From an uncultured Hyphomicrobiales bacterium (GTDB lineage: Bacteria; Bacteroidota; Ignavibacteria; Kapaibacteriales; UBA2268), in contig CAZWXI010000004.1 in NCBI GenBank assembly GCA_964637845.1, positions 4,303 through 68,302 on the forward strand: a stretch of DNA of 64,000 bases, in the 5' to 3' direction. The notes under the pieces are model-generated. The model saw only the letters and a program-made list of their open reading frames with translations, ran no database searches and was not told the DNA's origin. Shown here piece after piece: positions 39,123 through 48,563 of the stretch. Numbering within the stretch: position 1 is the first letter of the stretch; every line of letters begins with the position of its first letter. The position numbers were made by a program, and so were the translations under genes.

Positions 39123-41630
39123 ATGGGTAAATTTGTAAAAGTTGCTCTCCCGATACCGACAGACCAACTGTTTACATATAAGTTGAACAGAAATGTGGCG
39201 GATGTTATAGGCAAGCGAGTTATCGTGCCCCTGATGAATCGCTCATTGACAGGCATCATAGTAGATCATGACGATGCTGATTACAAATCTGAAGTTAAAG
39301 ACATAATTGATATCCCCGATGATTACCCGCTATTCAGCGAAAATATGCTGAAATTGACACGTTGGATATCTGAATACTATATGACATCGTGGGGAGAGAC
39401 GCTTAAAAGTGCTCTTCCCCCAGGCTTTTACTCGCAAAGTACAACAAAAATTCGTCTAACTCCCGAAGCCGCCGCTAATCCCGATTTGCTCAATGCACTA
39501 AAAAGCATAAGACAATATGAAATTGTGAAATATCTAATCGAAAATCCCGGTTTTGTAGCGATTTCGACAATAGAAAAAAGCCTTGAAATTAGAACTTCCT
39601 CGTCACAATTAAATTCATTGCAAAATGCTGGAATAATCGAAACAGAAAGTGCCTGCTCACGAACATTGGCAACCAAAAGAGTCAAAATGCTTCGATTATC
39701 CGATATGTATTTGAATAGTGAGCTTAGAGCAAGAGTTTTTTTAGAAAAGCATACAGCCAAAAAACCCATTTACGCAAGGGTTTTCAGCTTTCTCTATGTC
39801 AATGATAAAAAGTCACTCAAAGGAACACCTGCCAAAATCGTTCTCGAAGAAACTAAAGCTGGGCGGAGTGTAATAAATACCTTAACTAAAAAAGGCATCA
39901 TCAGAGAATACGAGGTCGAAATCGAATACGAACCAAGCTTTGATGCCCCAACACTTGCATCTAAAGACGAAATAGACGTTCCACTCACTGCAGAACAACA
40001 AAAAGCTGTTGATTTAATGATTTATTCTTTAGAGCAAAATCTTACAGAACCAATTTTAGTCCATGGTGTTACGGGCAGTGGTAAAACAATTTTATATATG
40101 CAAGCTATTCAACGGACTATAGAGCTTGGCAAAACAGCCCTCGTTCTTGTTCCTGAAATTGCATTAACACCACAACTGATTGACCGTTTTCGACGTGTTT
40201 TCAGGAATCAATTGGCAGTGCTGCATAGCGGATTGAAAGATTCCGAGCGATACGAATCATGGAACGCTTTACGTAAAGGAGAATTCAAGATAGCTCTCGG
40301 CGCCCGCTCTGCTCTCTTTGCACCATTGCATAATTTAGGTTTAATCATAGTTGATGAAGAACACGATACATCGTATAAGCAAGACTCGCCTGCACCTCGC
40401 TATCAGGCGAGGGATTGTGCTGTTATGCGAGGTAAAATCGAAAATTGTCTTGTTGTACTTGGCTCTGCCACTCCATCAATCGAGAGCATGTACAATACTC
40501 AAAATAAATACAGATTGGTAAGAATCACAACGCGTGCCGATGGAGCCAAACTTCCAAAAGTAGTTCTACTCGATAGCGTTTCAACTAGCGTTAATGGACA
40601 AATGCGAGGTTCATTCAGCATCGTGTTACTTGATAAAATCGTCACTCGTTATAAAAAAAAAGAAGGAGTAATTATTCTTCAGAATCGTCGCGGTTTTGCT
40701 TCGGTAATCTCATGCAATTATTGCGGATATACTTCTGAATGTAAATTTTGCTCAGTAAAGTTGACTTATCATAAAATTCGTGAAGCCGCTGTTTGCCATT
40801 ATTGCGGATACTCCGAGAAAATGGAAAAAACTTGCTCTAAGTGCGATTCAAATAAATTAACCTTAGTCGGTTCCGGTACTCAAAAAATCGAAATCGAGTT
40901 GGCTAAGATTTTAGCCGACATGGGACATAAACCTGTCATTAAAAGGATGGATTCCGATGCAGTCAAGCCCGAAGGGTCTCTGCGAAAAATTTTGACCTCA
41001 TTTTCCACCGGAGAGACGGATATATTAGTCGGAACCCAGATGCTTGCCAAAGGAATTGATATTGAGCGAGTGTCGCTTATTGGTGTAATCAATGCCGATA
41101 TACAACTGTTTTTGCCAGACTTCCGTTCATCGGAACGAACTTTCCAATTACTCACACAAATTTCGGGAAGAGCGGGACGCCAAAAAGATTACCGTGGTGA
41201 GGTTATCATACAAAGCCATAATCCTAACCATTATGCAGTAAAAATCGCCGCTGAATCTAATTACGATAAATTTTACAAAAAAGAAATCAAACTGCGACAA
41301 GAAGTTCTGTATCCACCATTTGTAAGATTTATAGCAATTGAGTTCAATGGAATAGAAGAAACAAAAGTCATCAGCTATGCTTCTCGTTTTGCCTCGCTAT
41401 TACCCCAAAGCGATGCAATACTTGATGTGATGGGCCCCGTGATACCTACTATAGCAAAAATCAGCGACAAATTCAGACGGGTTATTTATATTAAAAGCAA
41501 CAAATCTATTGACCCTTCAGGATACATTACAAGGGCTGTTCTACGTGAAGTCCTAAAAAAATTCGAACTCACCTTTTCAAAAAACACAGTTATGATGAAA
41601 ATAGATATTGATTCTTATACGTCATTATAA
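39123..41630 (+). CDS. priA: Primosomal protein N' (replication restart helicase)
   Basis: Walker A VHGVTGSGKT and DEEHD box. Two C-x2-C...C-x2-C zinc-binding pairs (CNYCGYTSECKFC..., CHYCGY...CSKCDS). Confidence 0.85.
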   Translation: MGKFVKVALPIPTDQLFTYKLNRNVADVIGKRVIVPLMNRSLTGIIVDHDDADYKSEVKDIIDIPDDYPLFSENMLKLTRWISEYYMTSWGETLKSALPPGFYSQSTTKIRLTPEAAANPDLLNALKSIRQYEIVKYLIENPGFVAISTIEKSLEIRTSSSQLNSLQNAGIIETESACSRTLATKRVKMLRLSDMYLNSELRARVFLEKHTAKKPIYARVFSFLYVNDKKSLKGTPAKIVLEETKAGRSVINTLTKKGIIREYEVEIEYEPSFDAPTLASKDEIDVPLTAEQQKAVDLMIYSLEQNLTEPILVHGVTGSGKTILYMQAIQRTIELGKTALVLVPEIALTPQLIDRFRRVFRNQLAVLHSGLKDSERYESWNALRKGEFKIALGARSALFAPLHNLGLIIVDEEHDTSYKQDSPAPRYQARDCAVMRGKIENCLVVLGSATPSIESMYNTQNKYRLVRITTRADGAKLPKVVLLDSVSTSVNGQMRGSFSIVLLDKIVTRYKKKEGVIILQNRRGFASVISCNYCGYTSECKFCSVKLTYHKIREAAVCHYCGYSEKMEKTCSKCDSNKLTLVGSGTQKIEIELAKILADMGHKPVIKRMDSDAVKPEGSLRKILTSFSTGETDILVGTQMLAKGIDIERVSLIGVINADIQLFLPDFRSSERTFQLLTQISGRAGRQKDYRGEVIIQSHNPNHYAVKIAAESNYDKFYKKEIKLRQEVLYPPFVRFIAIEFNGIEETKVISYASRFASLLPQSDAILDVMGPVIPTIAKISDKFRRVIYIKSNKSIDPSGYITRAVLREVLKKFELTFSKNTVMMKIDIDSYTSL

Positions 41631-41682
41631 TATATGAACATAAATACATATATTGTAAATTATGAATTAATCAATACTCATC

Positions 41683-42933
41683 ATGGTCAATTCACTACTT
41701 GGAAAAGCGATTTTTCTTTTTGTTATTTTAGCATCAAGCGTCCCATTATCAGCTGGTGATTGGAAATTCAACGGATATATCCAAACCATACCTTATATTG
41801 ATGGTAGAGATTTTTCCAATGATACATACATGCCGTTCTATACTTCAATGAAATTGCGATTTGGCGCCGAAAAAAGCATCGGAGATTATCTCGATTTTAA
41901 TGCGCAAATGCAAAATTCACGCGTGTTCGGCGAAGAAGGGGCAATTACTAACAATAAATCAATCATATTTTTAATACAAGGGTACTTGGAATTCAAAAAC
42001 ATTCTCGATAAACCAATTTCATTCAAAGTCGGCAGGTACCAACTTGATTATGGCACAGGGAGATTCATCGGTGTCAGCCCTTGGAATTATGTAGAAAGGG
42101 CATTTGACGGTTTTACCGCAAAATATGAAATTAGCGATTTCATACTCGAAACATTTTATGCCAAACACATATCAGAAACAAAAACGCAAAATGGCAATGC
42201 GCACCCGAGAGCATCAATTTTTCGCCAAACTGAATATAATGACTATGACATGGCGGGCGTTTTTACTGAGAGCAAACTTTCAGAAGATATGAAAGTGCAA
42301 TTGCTTGGTTATACCGAAATCAATAATGCTAAAAATGATGATGGCGCCAAAATGCTTGAAAGATTTACAGTTGCAGCTACTTTTATAAAATCTGCTAATC
42401 CATTTGGAATTACCGTTGAACTTTCATATCAAGGTGGCAAAAACCAAGGCAAAAATATTTCGGCGTATCTTACAGCAGCAAGAATTGATTACAAAGTTGC
42501 TGATTTCATATTTACTATAGCTAATGATAGGCATTCAGGTACAAAGCCGAATTCTGACGAATTAAACACATTCGATAACTATACCGCCTCAAAGCATCGT
42601 TTCTTCGGGTTGATGGATTATTTCACGACAATAAATACAAACTATTCTCTTGGTGCTGATGACTATTGGGGTGGTGTGGCATGGAGATTTGCAAAAGATT
42701 GGAATATGAGTTTCTACGTGCATCATTTCGTTGCCAATGCTGATTCGAAGGGATATGGCACTGAGCTTGATTTTATAATTAGGCATAATCTGGACAAAAA
42801 TATTTTCGTAGAATGGGGCAATGCTGTCTTTATGCCTGACAATCTAATGATTGATATGTTCGAGAGTGCTCTTGGAACAAAGCATCGCGACCCTGCTTTT
42901 GTATCTTATGTAAGATTTACCGCAAAATTGTAA
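41683..42933 (+). CDS. Putative outer-membrane beta-barrel protein (porin/alginate-export-like)
   Basis: Signal peptide MVNSLLGKAIFLFVILASSVPLSA. The rest is rich in alternating hydrophobic/aromatic beta-strand patterns. Confidence 0.35.
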   Translation: MVNSLLGKAIFLFVILASSVPLSAGDWKFNGYIQTIPYIDGRDFSNDTYMPFYTSMKLRFGAEKSIGDYLDFNAQMQNSRVFGEEGAITNNKSIIFLIQGYLEFKNILDKPISFKVGRYQLDYGTGRFIGVSPWNYVERAFDGFTAKYEISDFILETFYAKHISETKTQNGNAHPRASIFRQTEYNDYDMAGVFTESKLSEDMKVQLLGYTEINNAKNDDGAKMLERFTVAATFIKSANPFGITVELSYQGGKNQGKNISAYLTAARIDYKVADFIFTIANDRHSGTKPNSDELNTFDNYTASKHRFFGLMDYFTTINTNYSLGADDYWGGVAWRFAKDWNMSFYVHHFVANADSKGYGTELDFIIRHNLDKNIFVEWGNAVFMPDNLMIDMFESALGTKHRDPAFVSYVRFTAKL

Positions 42934-43016
42934 TTTAGGATAATCTAAACGTAAAAATTGGCAAATAAAATTAAAAAATATTTGTTTCCTATTTTTTTTG
43001 TTATTATTTTGCATTC

Positions 43017-43046
43017 AAATGTGATACAAATTACATAAAATGTGAT
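43017..43046 (+). promoter_or_regulatory. Direct repeats AAATGTGAT (x2, 21-nt spacing) upstream of the His-rich ORF / TonB receptor
   Basis: AAATGTGATACAAATTAC and AAATGTGATTTAC lie at -46 and -25 relative to the ATG at 43063. This is a possible operator for a metal-responsive regulator. Confidence 0.25.
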
Positions 43047-43062
43047 TTACTATTGAGAATAA

Positions 43063-43428
43063 GTGAATAACAACACTTTAAATAGAATAATTGTGAGCCT
43101 GATACTTACGGCGTTAGTATTTACCGCCTACAATTTTGCCTTAAATGGTCACTATCATCGTACAGCCGAGGGTGTTTTGATTTATCATTATCATCCTTAC
43201 GAACATACAGAAGACAAAAATTCCGAAAGTGGCTCCCACTCTCATAGCGAATTACAGTATGTAAATCTTGAAATAAACTCACATTCGCGATTCTTTGTAG
43301 TAATTGCAGCCATCATATTATGGGACTTGTATCACTCTTTTGAGGAAATAATTCCAGACTATTACACCCTGCCGTGTTTTGCCGGACTGATGCATTTACC
43401 CCTTTTTCGTGCACCACCTCTTGATTAA
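43063..43428 (+). CDS. Small His-rich membrane protein (putative metal-binding)
   Basis: N-terminal TM helix, then HYHRTAEGVLIYHYHPYEHTEDKNSESGSHSHSELQY (10 His in 35 aa), then a second hydrophobic helix. Lies immediately upstream of a TonB-dependent receptor. Confidence 0.4.
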   Translation: MNNNTLNRIIVSLILTALVFTAYNFALNGHYHRTAEGVLIYHYHPYEHTEDKNSESGSHSHSELQYVNLEINSHSRFFVVIAAIILWDLYHSFEEIIPDYYTLPCFAGLMHLPLFRAPPLD

Positions 43429-43483
43429 TTCTCTCCATACGAACATAATTAACCTTTTTTTAATCATTTAAATCAGTCATACT

Positions 43484-45823
43484 ATGAAAAAGTATCAAAT
43501 ATACATCGCCTCTTTATATATAATGCTAAATTTAGCATCGCCAAATCATATTTTTAGTCATAATGAAATAACTGTACAAGGCAAAATCCTTGACATAAAC
43601 GGAAAAGCTGTTTCAGGGGCTACAGTTCGAGTTCAGAATACCGTACTTGGGGCAGTGGAAAACTCTGAAGGAATGTTTACCATTAGTCGATTGAAGCCCG
43701 GGAACCTCAACGTTCTAGTAACAGCCATAGGCTACAAAGCATACACATTTAATTTAAACTTGAATACGGATAAGCGTTTAATTGTAATAAACGACATTAT
43801 TCTGGAAGAATCACCAATAAATACTTCCGATATAATTGTAACAGCTACCCGAAGCGAGAAAATATACGAAGACTTACCCGTAAAAGTATCCGTACTTGAT
43901 GACAGAATATTTTCTTCTGTTTCCGCTGTAACATTAAATGAGGGGCTAGCATTTCGTCCCGGTTTACGCATAGAAAATAATTGCCAAAATTGTGGATTTA
44001 ATCAAGTCAGAATAAACGGTTTAGATGGCAGATATTCACAAATTTTGATTGACAGCAAACCAATCTTCTCTGCATTGAACGGTGTTTACGGACTTGAGCA
44101 GATCCCACAGAACATGATTTCAAGAGTAGAAATTATTCGTGGGGGTGCCTCGACTCTTTACGGTGGTAATGCGATTGCTGGTGTTGTAAACATAATAACT
44201 AAAGACCCCGAGAAAACTTCAATTCATGCCGAACTAAATCAAACATACATTCCCGGCAGTAGAAGTGACCAAGCCTTCAACGGTTCAGATAGAACTTTTA
44301 AATTTGCCGCACAAGCAGTTAGTCATGAAGATGTTTTTGGAATTAATCTCCATGCTATGCATCGTACACGCGAACCGTGGGACGTGAATAATGATAGCTT
44401 CAGTGAGATTCCATCTATTGATTTGATTGTTATAGGCAGCAGAATGAACTATAAACCCGATATTTTTACTCGACTAAGCCTTGAATATCATAACATTAAT
44501 GATCATAGACGCGGCGGGAACAAATTCGAATTGCAACCTCACGAAACGGACGTTACTGAAATGACTGAGCACAAAATCAATTCAATAGGTATAACCGCTG
44601 AAAGATATATGACTAAAAGTGCGAAAATGTCTTTCTACGCATCTTATCAAAATACTCACAGAAATAGTTATTACGGAAGCGAAGGGGACGAGAATGCTTA
44701 TGGTATAACCCAAAACAGAACTTTTGTATCAGGTTTACAATATACTCATGCAATCAGAAGATTTGCTGGTGAGCACGTTATCACATCCGGAATTGAATAT
44801 AAAACGGACAATTTAAATGACTTTTCACCTGCTTATAGCCGTGAAATTAGCCAAATTTCAAACGATATCGGATTCTATATTCAGAACGACTGGATGATAA
44901 ATAATAAATTGAGCTTATTGAGCGGTATCCGTTTGGATAAAAGTAATTTTATTGACAATGTAATTTTAAGCCCTCGAGTAAATTTACTATACAAAATTCA
45001 TAATAACGTCTCATTAAGGACTAACTTATCCACAGGATTCAGAGCTCCGCAAGTTTTCGATGAGGATTTACACATTACACAAGTGAACGGAGGTGGCACA
45101 GTAATATTCAACAGCGATGAACTAAAGCCGGAAAAGTCCATTTCTTACGGCATTTCTATTGACCATAACTTTAACGTTAGCTCTATACCCGCATCATACT
45201 CCATAGAGTTCTTTTCAACCACTTTGAACAATGCTTTTGTGCTTGAAAACACAGGGACAAATGACAATGGTGATATGATTCTTATTAGAACAAATGCCGA
45301 AAATGCTAAAGTTACCGGCTTTACAACTGAAATTGCTATCGAAGCATGGGATTATTTTAATGTTTCCGCGGGTTGTACTTTCCAGAATTCACTCTATAGT
45401 GAACCTGTCATTTGGGCTGAAAACCAGGATGGCAATCAAGCTTACTCGGATAGGATACTTCGTTCACCGGACTTCTATGGATTTTTCACTATGTCAACCC
45501 CACTTTTTAAGCGATTTGAGCTTTCTCTATCAGGTGTATTGACCGGCCCCATGCATGTTCCACATTATGCGGGCGGTATTGGCGCCAACGGCGAAGAAAA
45601 TGTTGAAGACAGATTAGTTAGAACGCCAGCTTTCGTGGATATATACTTTAAGTTATCATACAGAATTTCGTCGAATCCAAATCTTGAAATTGCTTTTACA
45701 GCAGGCAACTTATTGAACTCCTTTCAGAAAGATTTTGACTTGGGAATGAATCGTGATGCAGGATTTATTTATGGACCAATAAGACCGAGACACCTGGGAT
45801 TAAGTCTCAATACAGGGTTGTAA
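43484..45823 (+). CDS. TonB-dependent outer-membrane receptor with N-terminal carboxypeptidase-regulatory-like domain
   Basis: CarbopepD_reg-like ITVQGKILDINGKAVSGATVRVQN...GYKAY. Plug domain motifs IEIIRGGASTLYGGNAIAGVVNIITK. ~500-aa barrel. Confidence 0.8.
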   Translation: MKKYQIYIASLYIMLNLASPNHIFSHNEITVQGKILDINGKAVSGATVRVQNTVLGAVENSEGMFTISRLKPGNLNVLVTAIGYKAYTFNLNLNTDKRLIVINDIILEESPINTSDIIVTATRSEKIYEDLPVKVSVLDDRIFSSVSAVTLNEGLAFRPGLRIENNCQNCGFNQVRINGLDGRYSQILIDSKPIFSALNGVYGLEQIPQNMISRVEIIRGGASTLYGGNAIAGVVNIITKDPEKTSIHAELNQTYIPGSRSDQAFNGSDRTFKFAAQAVSHEDVFGINLHAMHRTREPWDVNNDSFSEIPSIDLIVIGSRMNYKPDIFTRLSLEYHNINDHRRGGNKFELQPHETDVTEMTEHKINSIGITAERYMTKSAKMSFYASYQNTHRNSYYGSEGDENAYGITQNRTFVSGLQYTHAIRRFAGEHVITSGIEYKTDNLNDFSPAYSREISQISNDIGFYIQNDWMINNKLSLLSGIRLDKSNFIDNVILSPRVNLLYKIHNNVSLRTNLSTGFRAPQVFDEDLHITQVNGGGTVIFNSDELKPEKSISYGISIDHNFNVSSIPASYSIEFFSTTLNNAFVLENTGTNDNGDMILIRTNAENAKVTGFTTEIAIEAWDYFNVSAGCTFQNSLYSEPVIWAENQDGNQAYSDRILRSPDFYGFFTMSTPLFKRFELSLSGVLTGPMHVPHYAGGIGANGEENVEDRLVRTPAFVDIYFKLSYRISSNPNLEIAFTAGNLLNSFQKDFDLGMNRDAGFIYGPIRPRHLGLSLNTGL

Positions 45824-45911
45824 AATTCTCAAAAATTTTTGTAACTTTTTTGGTTTTTATGTGTCTATATACTAAAGTTCAGATGTTATTTTACATAAAA
45901 TTGTATATAAA

Positions 45912-46016
45912 AGCGGGAGCTATTTTAACGTTTGCCATGTTGAATTTCTTTTATCTCTTCATTAGCACTCCCTGAATCGAAAAAAATTCGGTATGGCGTT
46001 AAAATCAACTCCCGCG
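45912..46016. other. Structured ~105-nt inverted-repeat element between convergent genes (bidirectional terminator or small structured RNA)
   Basis: Outer arms AGCGGGAGCTATTTTAACG (45912-45930) and CGTTAAAATCAACTCCCGCG (45997-46016) are 16 of 19 nt complementary. Inner partial repeats are TTTTAACGTTTGCCAT/ATGGCGTTAAAA and CGAA-A7-TTCG. Confidence 0.35.
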
Positions 46017-46037
46017 TTTATTTCTGTTCAAAAGTAA

Positions 46038-47210
46038 TTAAATCAATTCAATTATCAAAGCGTTTGCTTCGCCGCCGCCAATACATAATGTTGCAAGACC
46101 GCGTTTCAACCCTCTATCTTTGAGTGCGTAAATCAATGTAGTCAGTATTCTTGCTCCTGATGCTCCGATGGGATGACCCAATGCAACCGCACCACCGTTG
46201 ACGTTAACTTTTTCACGCGATATACTCAATTCACGTAATGCGTGCATAGGGACGCACGAAAAAGCTTCATTTATTTCGAATAAGTCAATATCATCAACCG
46301 TGAAACCAGTTTTAATCAAGATTTTTTGAATTACGGCTGTTGGAGCAGTAGTAAACCATTCGGGCTTTTGTGCATGTGAGCAATGAGCTATAACTTTTGC
46401 AATGGGCTTTAAATTGTTTTCGTTTGCCCATGATTCTGATGTTACGACCAAAGCAGCTGCACCATCATCAATCGATGAGGCATTAGCAGCCGTGATTGCA
46501 CCGTCTTTTTTAAATACTGCCTTGAGCTCGGGCACTTTCTCAAATTTAACTTTAAACGGCTCTTCATCTTCATTTATGACAATATCACCCTTCTTTGAGG
46601 GGATAACAACAGGAACTATTTCTGCAAGAAATTTGCCCAATTTCTGTGCCTCCAAAGCTCTTGTATAACTTTCTATTGCGAAATTGTCTTGGTCTTCTCT
46701 GCTAATGTTGCATTCAGTCGAGCATAGTTCGCCTGCCAACCCCATATGAAATTTGTTGTAAACATCCCATAAACCGTCGTAAATCATTGAATCCACAAGT
46801 TCACCATTGCCCATTCTGTATCCCGTACGCGCATTTTGTAGTATGTAGGGAGCATTCGACATCGACTCCTGACCTCCGGCGACTACTACATAAGCATCTC
46901 CACATTTAATTGCCTGGTCGGCTAACATCACTGCTTTTAAACCGCTTCCGCAAACTTTGTTGATAGTCATACATTCAACTGATTCAGGTAAACCTGCATA
47001 AATTGATGCCTGACGAGCAGGAGCTTGACCTACACCTGCTGTGAGTACGTTTCCCATGATAACTTCGTTCACTTCATTTTGGGAAACTCCAGCTCTTTGC
47101 ACAGCCTCTTTGATAACTATTGATCCCAATTGCGGAGCTGTTAATTGCGACAATGATCCCATGAATGCTCCGATTGGAGTTCTGACTGCTGATAGAATTA
47201 CACTGTTCAT
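46038..47210 (-). CDS. Acetyl-CoA C-acetyltransferase (thiolase II)
   Basis: N-terminal MNSVILSAVRTPIGAF, active-site NKVCGSGLKAV, and C-terminal CIGGGEANALIIE. Confidence 0.9.
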   Translation of the reverse strand: MNSVILSAVRTPIGAFMGSLSQLTAPQLGSIVIKEAVQRAGVSQNEVNEVIMGNVLTAGVGQAPARQASIYAGLPESVECMTINKVCGSGLKAVMLADQAIKCGDAYVVVAGGQESMSNAPYILQNARTGYRMGNGELVDSMIYDGLWDVYNKFHMGLAGELCSTECNISREDQDNFAIESYTRALEAQKLGKFLAEIVPVVIPSKKGDIVINEDEEPFKVKFEKVPELKAVFKKDGAITAANASSIDDGAAALVVTSESWANENNLKPIAKVIAHCSHAQKPEWFTTAPTAVIQKILIKTGFTVDDIDLFEINEAFSCVPMHALRELSISREKVNVNGGAVALGHPIGASGARILTTLIYALKDRGLKRGLATLCIGGGEANALIIELI

Positions 47211-47243
47211 TATAAAATCCTTTATTGATTTTTAAGTCGTGAA

Positions 47244-47334
47244 GTTCAATTTGAACAAGTTCAAAGATAGTAATATTTTGCTAAAAATTAATATATATTC
47301 AAAGTTTTTAATTTATATTTGAACTTTATTTTTG
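47244..47334. promoter_or_regulatory. Cluster of GTTCAA/TTGAAC hexamers in the thiolase / MBL-hydrolase divergent intergenic region
   Basis: GTTCAATTTGAACAAGTTCAAAG (47244-47265) and ATTTGAACTTT (47326-47336) give four copies in inverted and direct orientation. Candidate operator for a dimeric regulator. Confidence 0.25.
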
Positions 47335-47370
47335 ACGTATTTTAAAAAATAAACGACATAAAAAATAAAA

Positions 47371-48000
47371 ATGACAATTATACCAATCGAAGCGGGCCCA
47401 GTAGCAACAATAGGATACTTGATATTTGATAAGAAATCCCAAAAGGGAGCTATTATTGATGCTCCGCTTGAAAGTACTACTTATTTTTACTCACTGATTA
47501 CAGAAAAGAAAATTACGATAGAAGCTATAATACTTACTCATTCTCATTGGGACCATATAGCAGATACCGCAAAATTGCAACGTTTGACCGGAGCGAAGGT
47601 TTATGTACACGCTTATGATAAGTATCGCCTTGATGAGCCGATGAATCATACAATAATACCACTACCATTCAACATAGAAGCTGTTTTAGATTATGAAGTG
47701 ATACATCATAAGGATATAATTACAATCGGTAATCTCAATCTGCACGTAGTCCATACTCCAGGGCATACCGAAGGTGGTATCTGTTTGATTGAACATGAAC
47801 ACAAAACTGTTTTTGCCGGCGATACAATTTTCAATGAAAGTGTCGGCAGAGTTGATTTACCGGGTGGTTCGATGGATACTTTATTGAATTCTATCAGAAG
47901 CGAACTGATGATATTACCGGATAGTTTTAAGATTTACAGCGGGCATGGACCCGCTACAACTATTGGTTGGGAACGGAAACGCAACCCGTTTTTGAACTAA
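47371..48000 (+). CDS. MBL-fold metallo-hydrolase (glyoxalase II-like)
   Basis: THSHWDHIAD zinc-binding motif, HTPGHTEGG. 209 aa. Confidence 0.8.
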   Translation: MTIIPIEAGPVATIGYLIFDKKSQKGAIIDAPLESTTYFYSLITEKKITIEAIILTHSHWDHIADTAKLQRLTGAKVYVHAYDKYRLDEPMNHTIIPLPFNIEAVLDYEVIHHKDIITIGNLNLHVVHTPGHTEGGICLIEHEHKTVFAGDTIFNESVGRVDLPGGSMDTLLNSIRSELMILPDSFKIYSGHGPATTIGWERKRNPFLN

Positions 48001-48003
48001 GAC

Positions 48004-48519
48004 ATGATTCAAATCACAAGGGAGTGCCTTTTGAAAGAAGTTTTAGTATATATTGTACTAATTATGAGCCTCGGTGGATGCTACTCATTTACGGGAGGCT
48101 CAATTCCCCCACATCTCAAGACTCTATATATAGCCGCCGTTACTGATAATAGCGGTTTCGGCAATCCCGAATATCGTGATTTGCTTACTAACAACCTCAT
48201 CGATGTATTTCGCAAGGACAATTCGTTTTCACAAGCTGATTTGGGAGGCGATGCAAGAATTTCAGTCACTATTTCATCAATACGCGAAAATCCTGTTGCT
48301 GTAAATCCCGGTGAACTTGAAACAGAGCGTAGAGTGGAGGTTCATTGCGAAGCAGAATACTACGATAACGTCAAAAAAGAACTGATTTTTAAAAAAAGTT
48401 TTATGACTTATGACATATATCCGGTCAGCAGTGCGGGTGAAGGGCGTAATGAATCAATCAGGAAAGCACTCAATCAGTTAGCCGATGATATATTATTAGC
48501 TGTTGTATCGGGTTGGTGA
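48004..48519 (+). CDS. Lipoprotein, possibly LptE-like
   Basis: Signal/lipobox ...VLIMSLGGCYSFTGGSIPPHLKTLYI. Bacteroidota LptE-family proteins begin with C-(G)YSFTG. Lies near the GT2 and LPS-related genes. Confidence 0.4.
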   Translation: MIQITRECLLKEVLVYIVLIMSLGGCYSFTGGSIPPHLKTLYIAAVTDNSGFGNPEYRDLLTNNLIDVFRKDNSFSQADLGGDARISVTISSIRENPVAVNPGELETERRVEVHCEAEYYDNVKKELIFKKSFMTYDIYPVSSAGEGRNESIRKALNQLADDILLAVVSGW

Positions 48520-48563
48520 TTTTTTTCATATTTTTGTGTTATAAGAAATAAATTTTCGGCATA

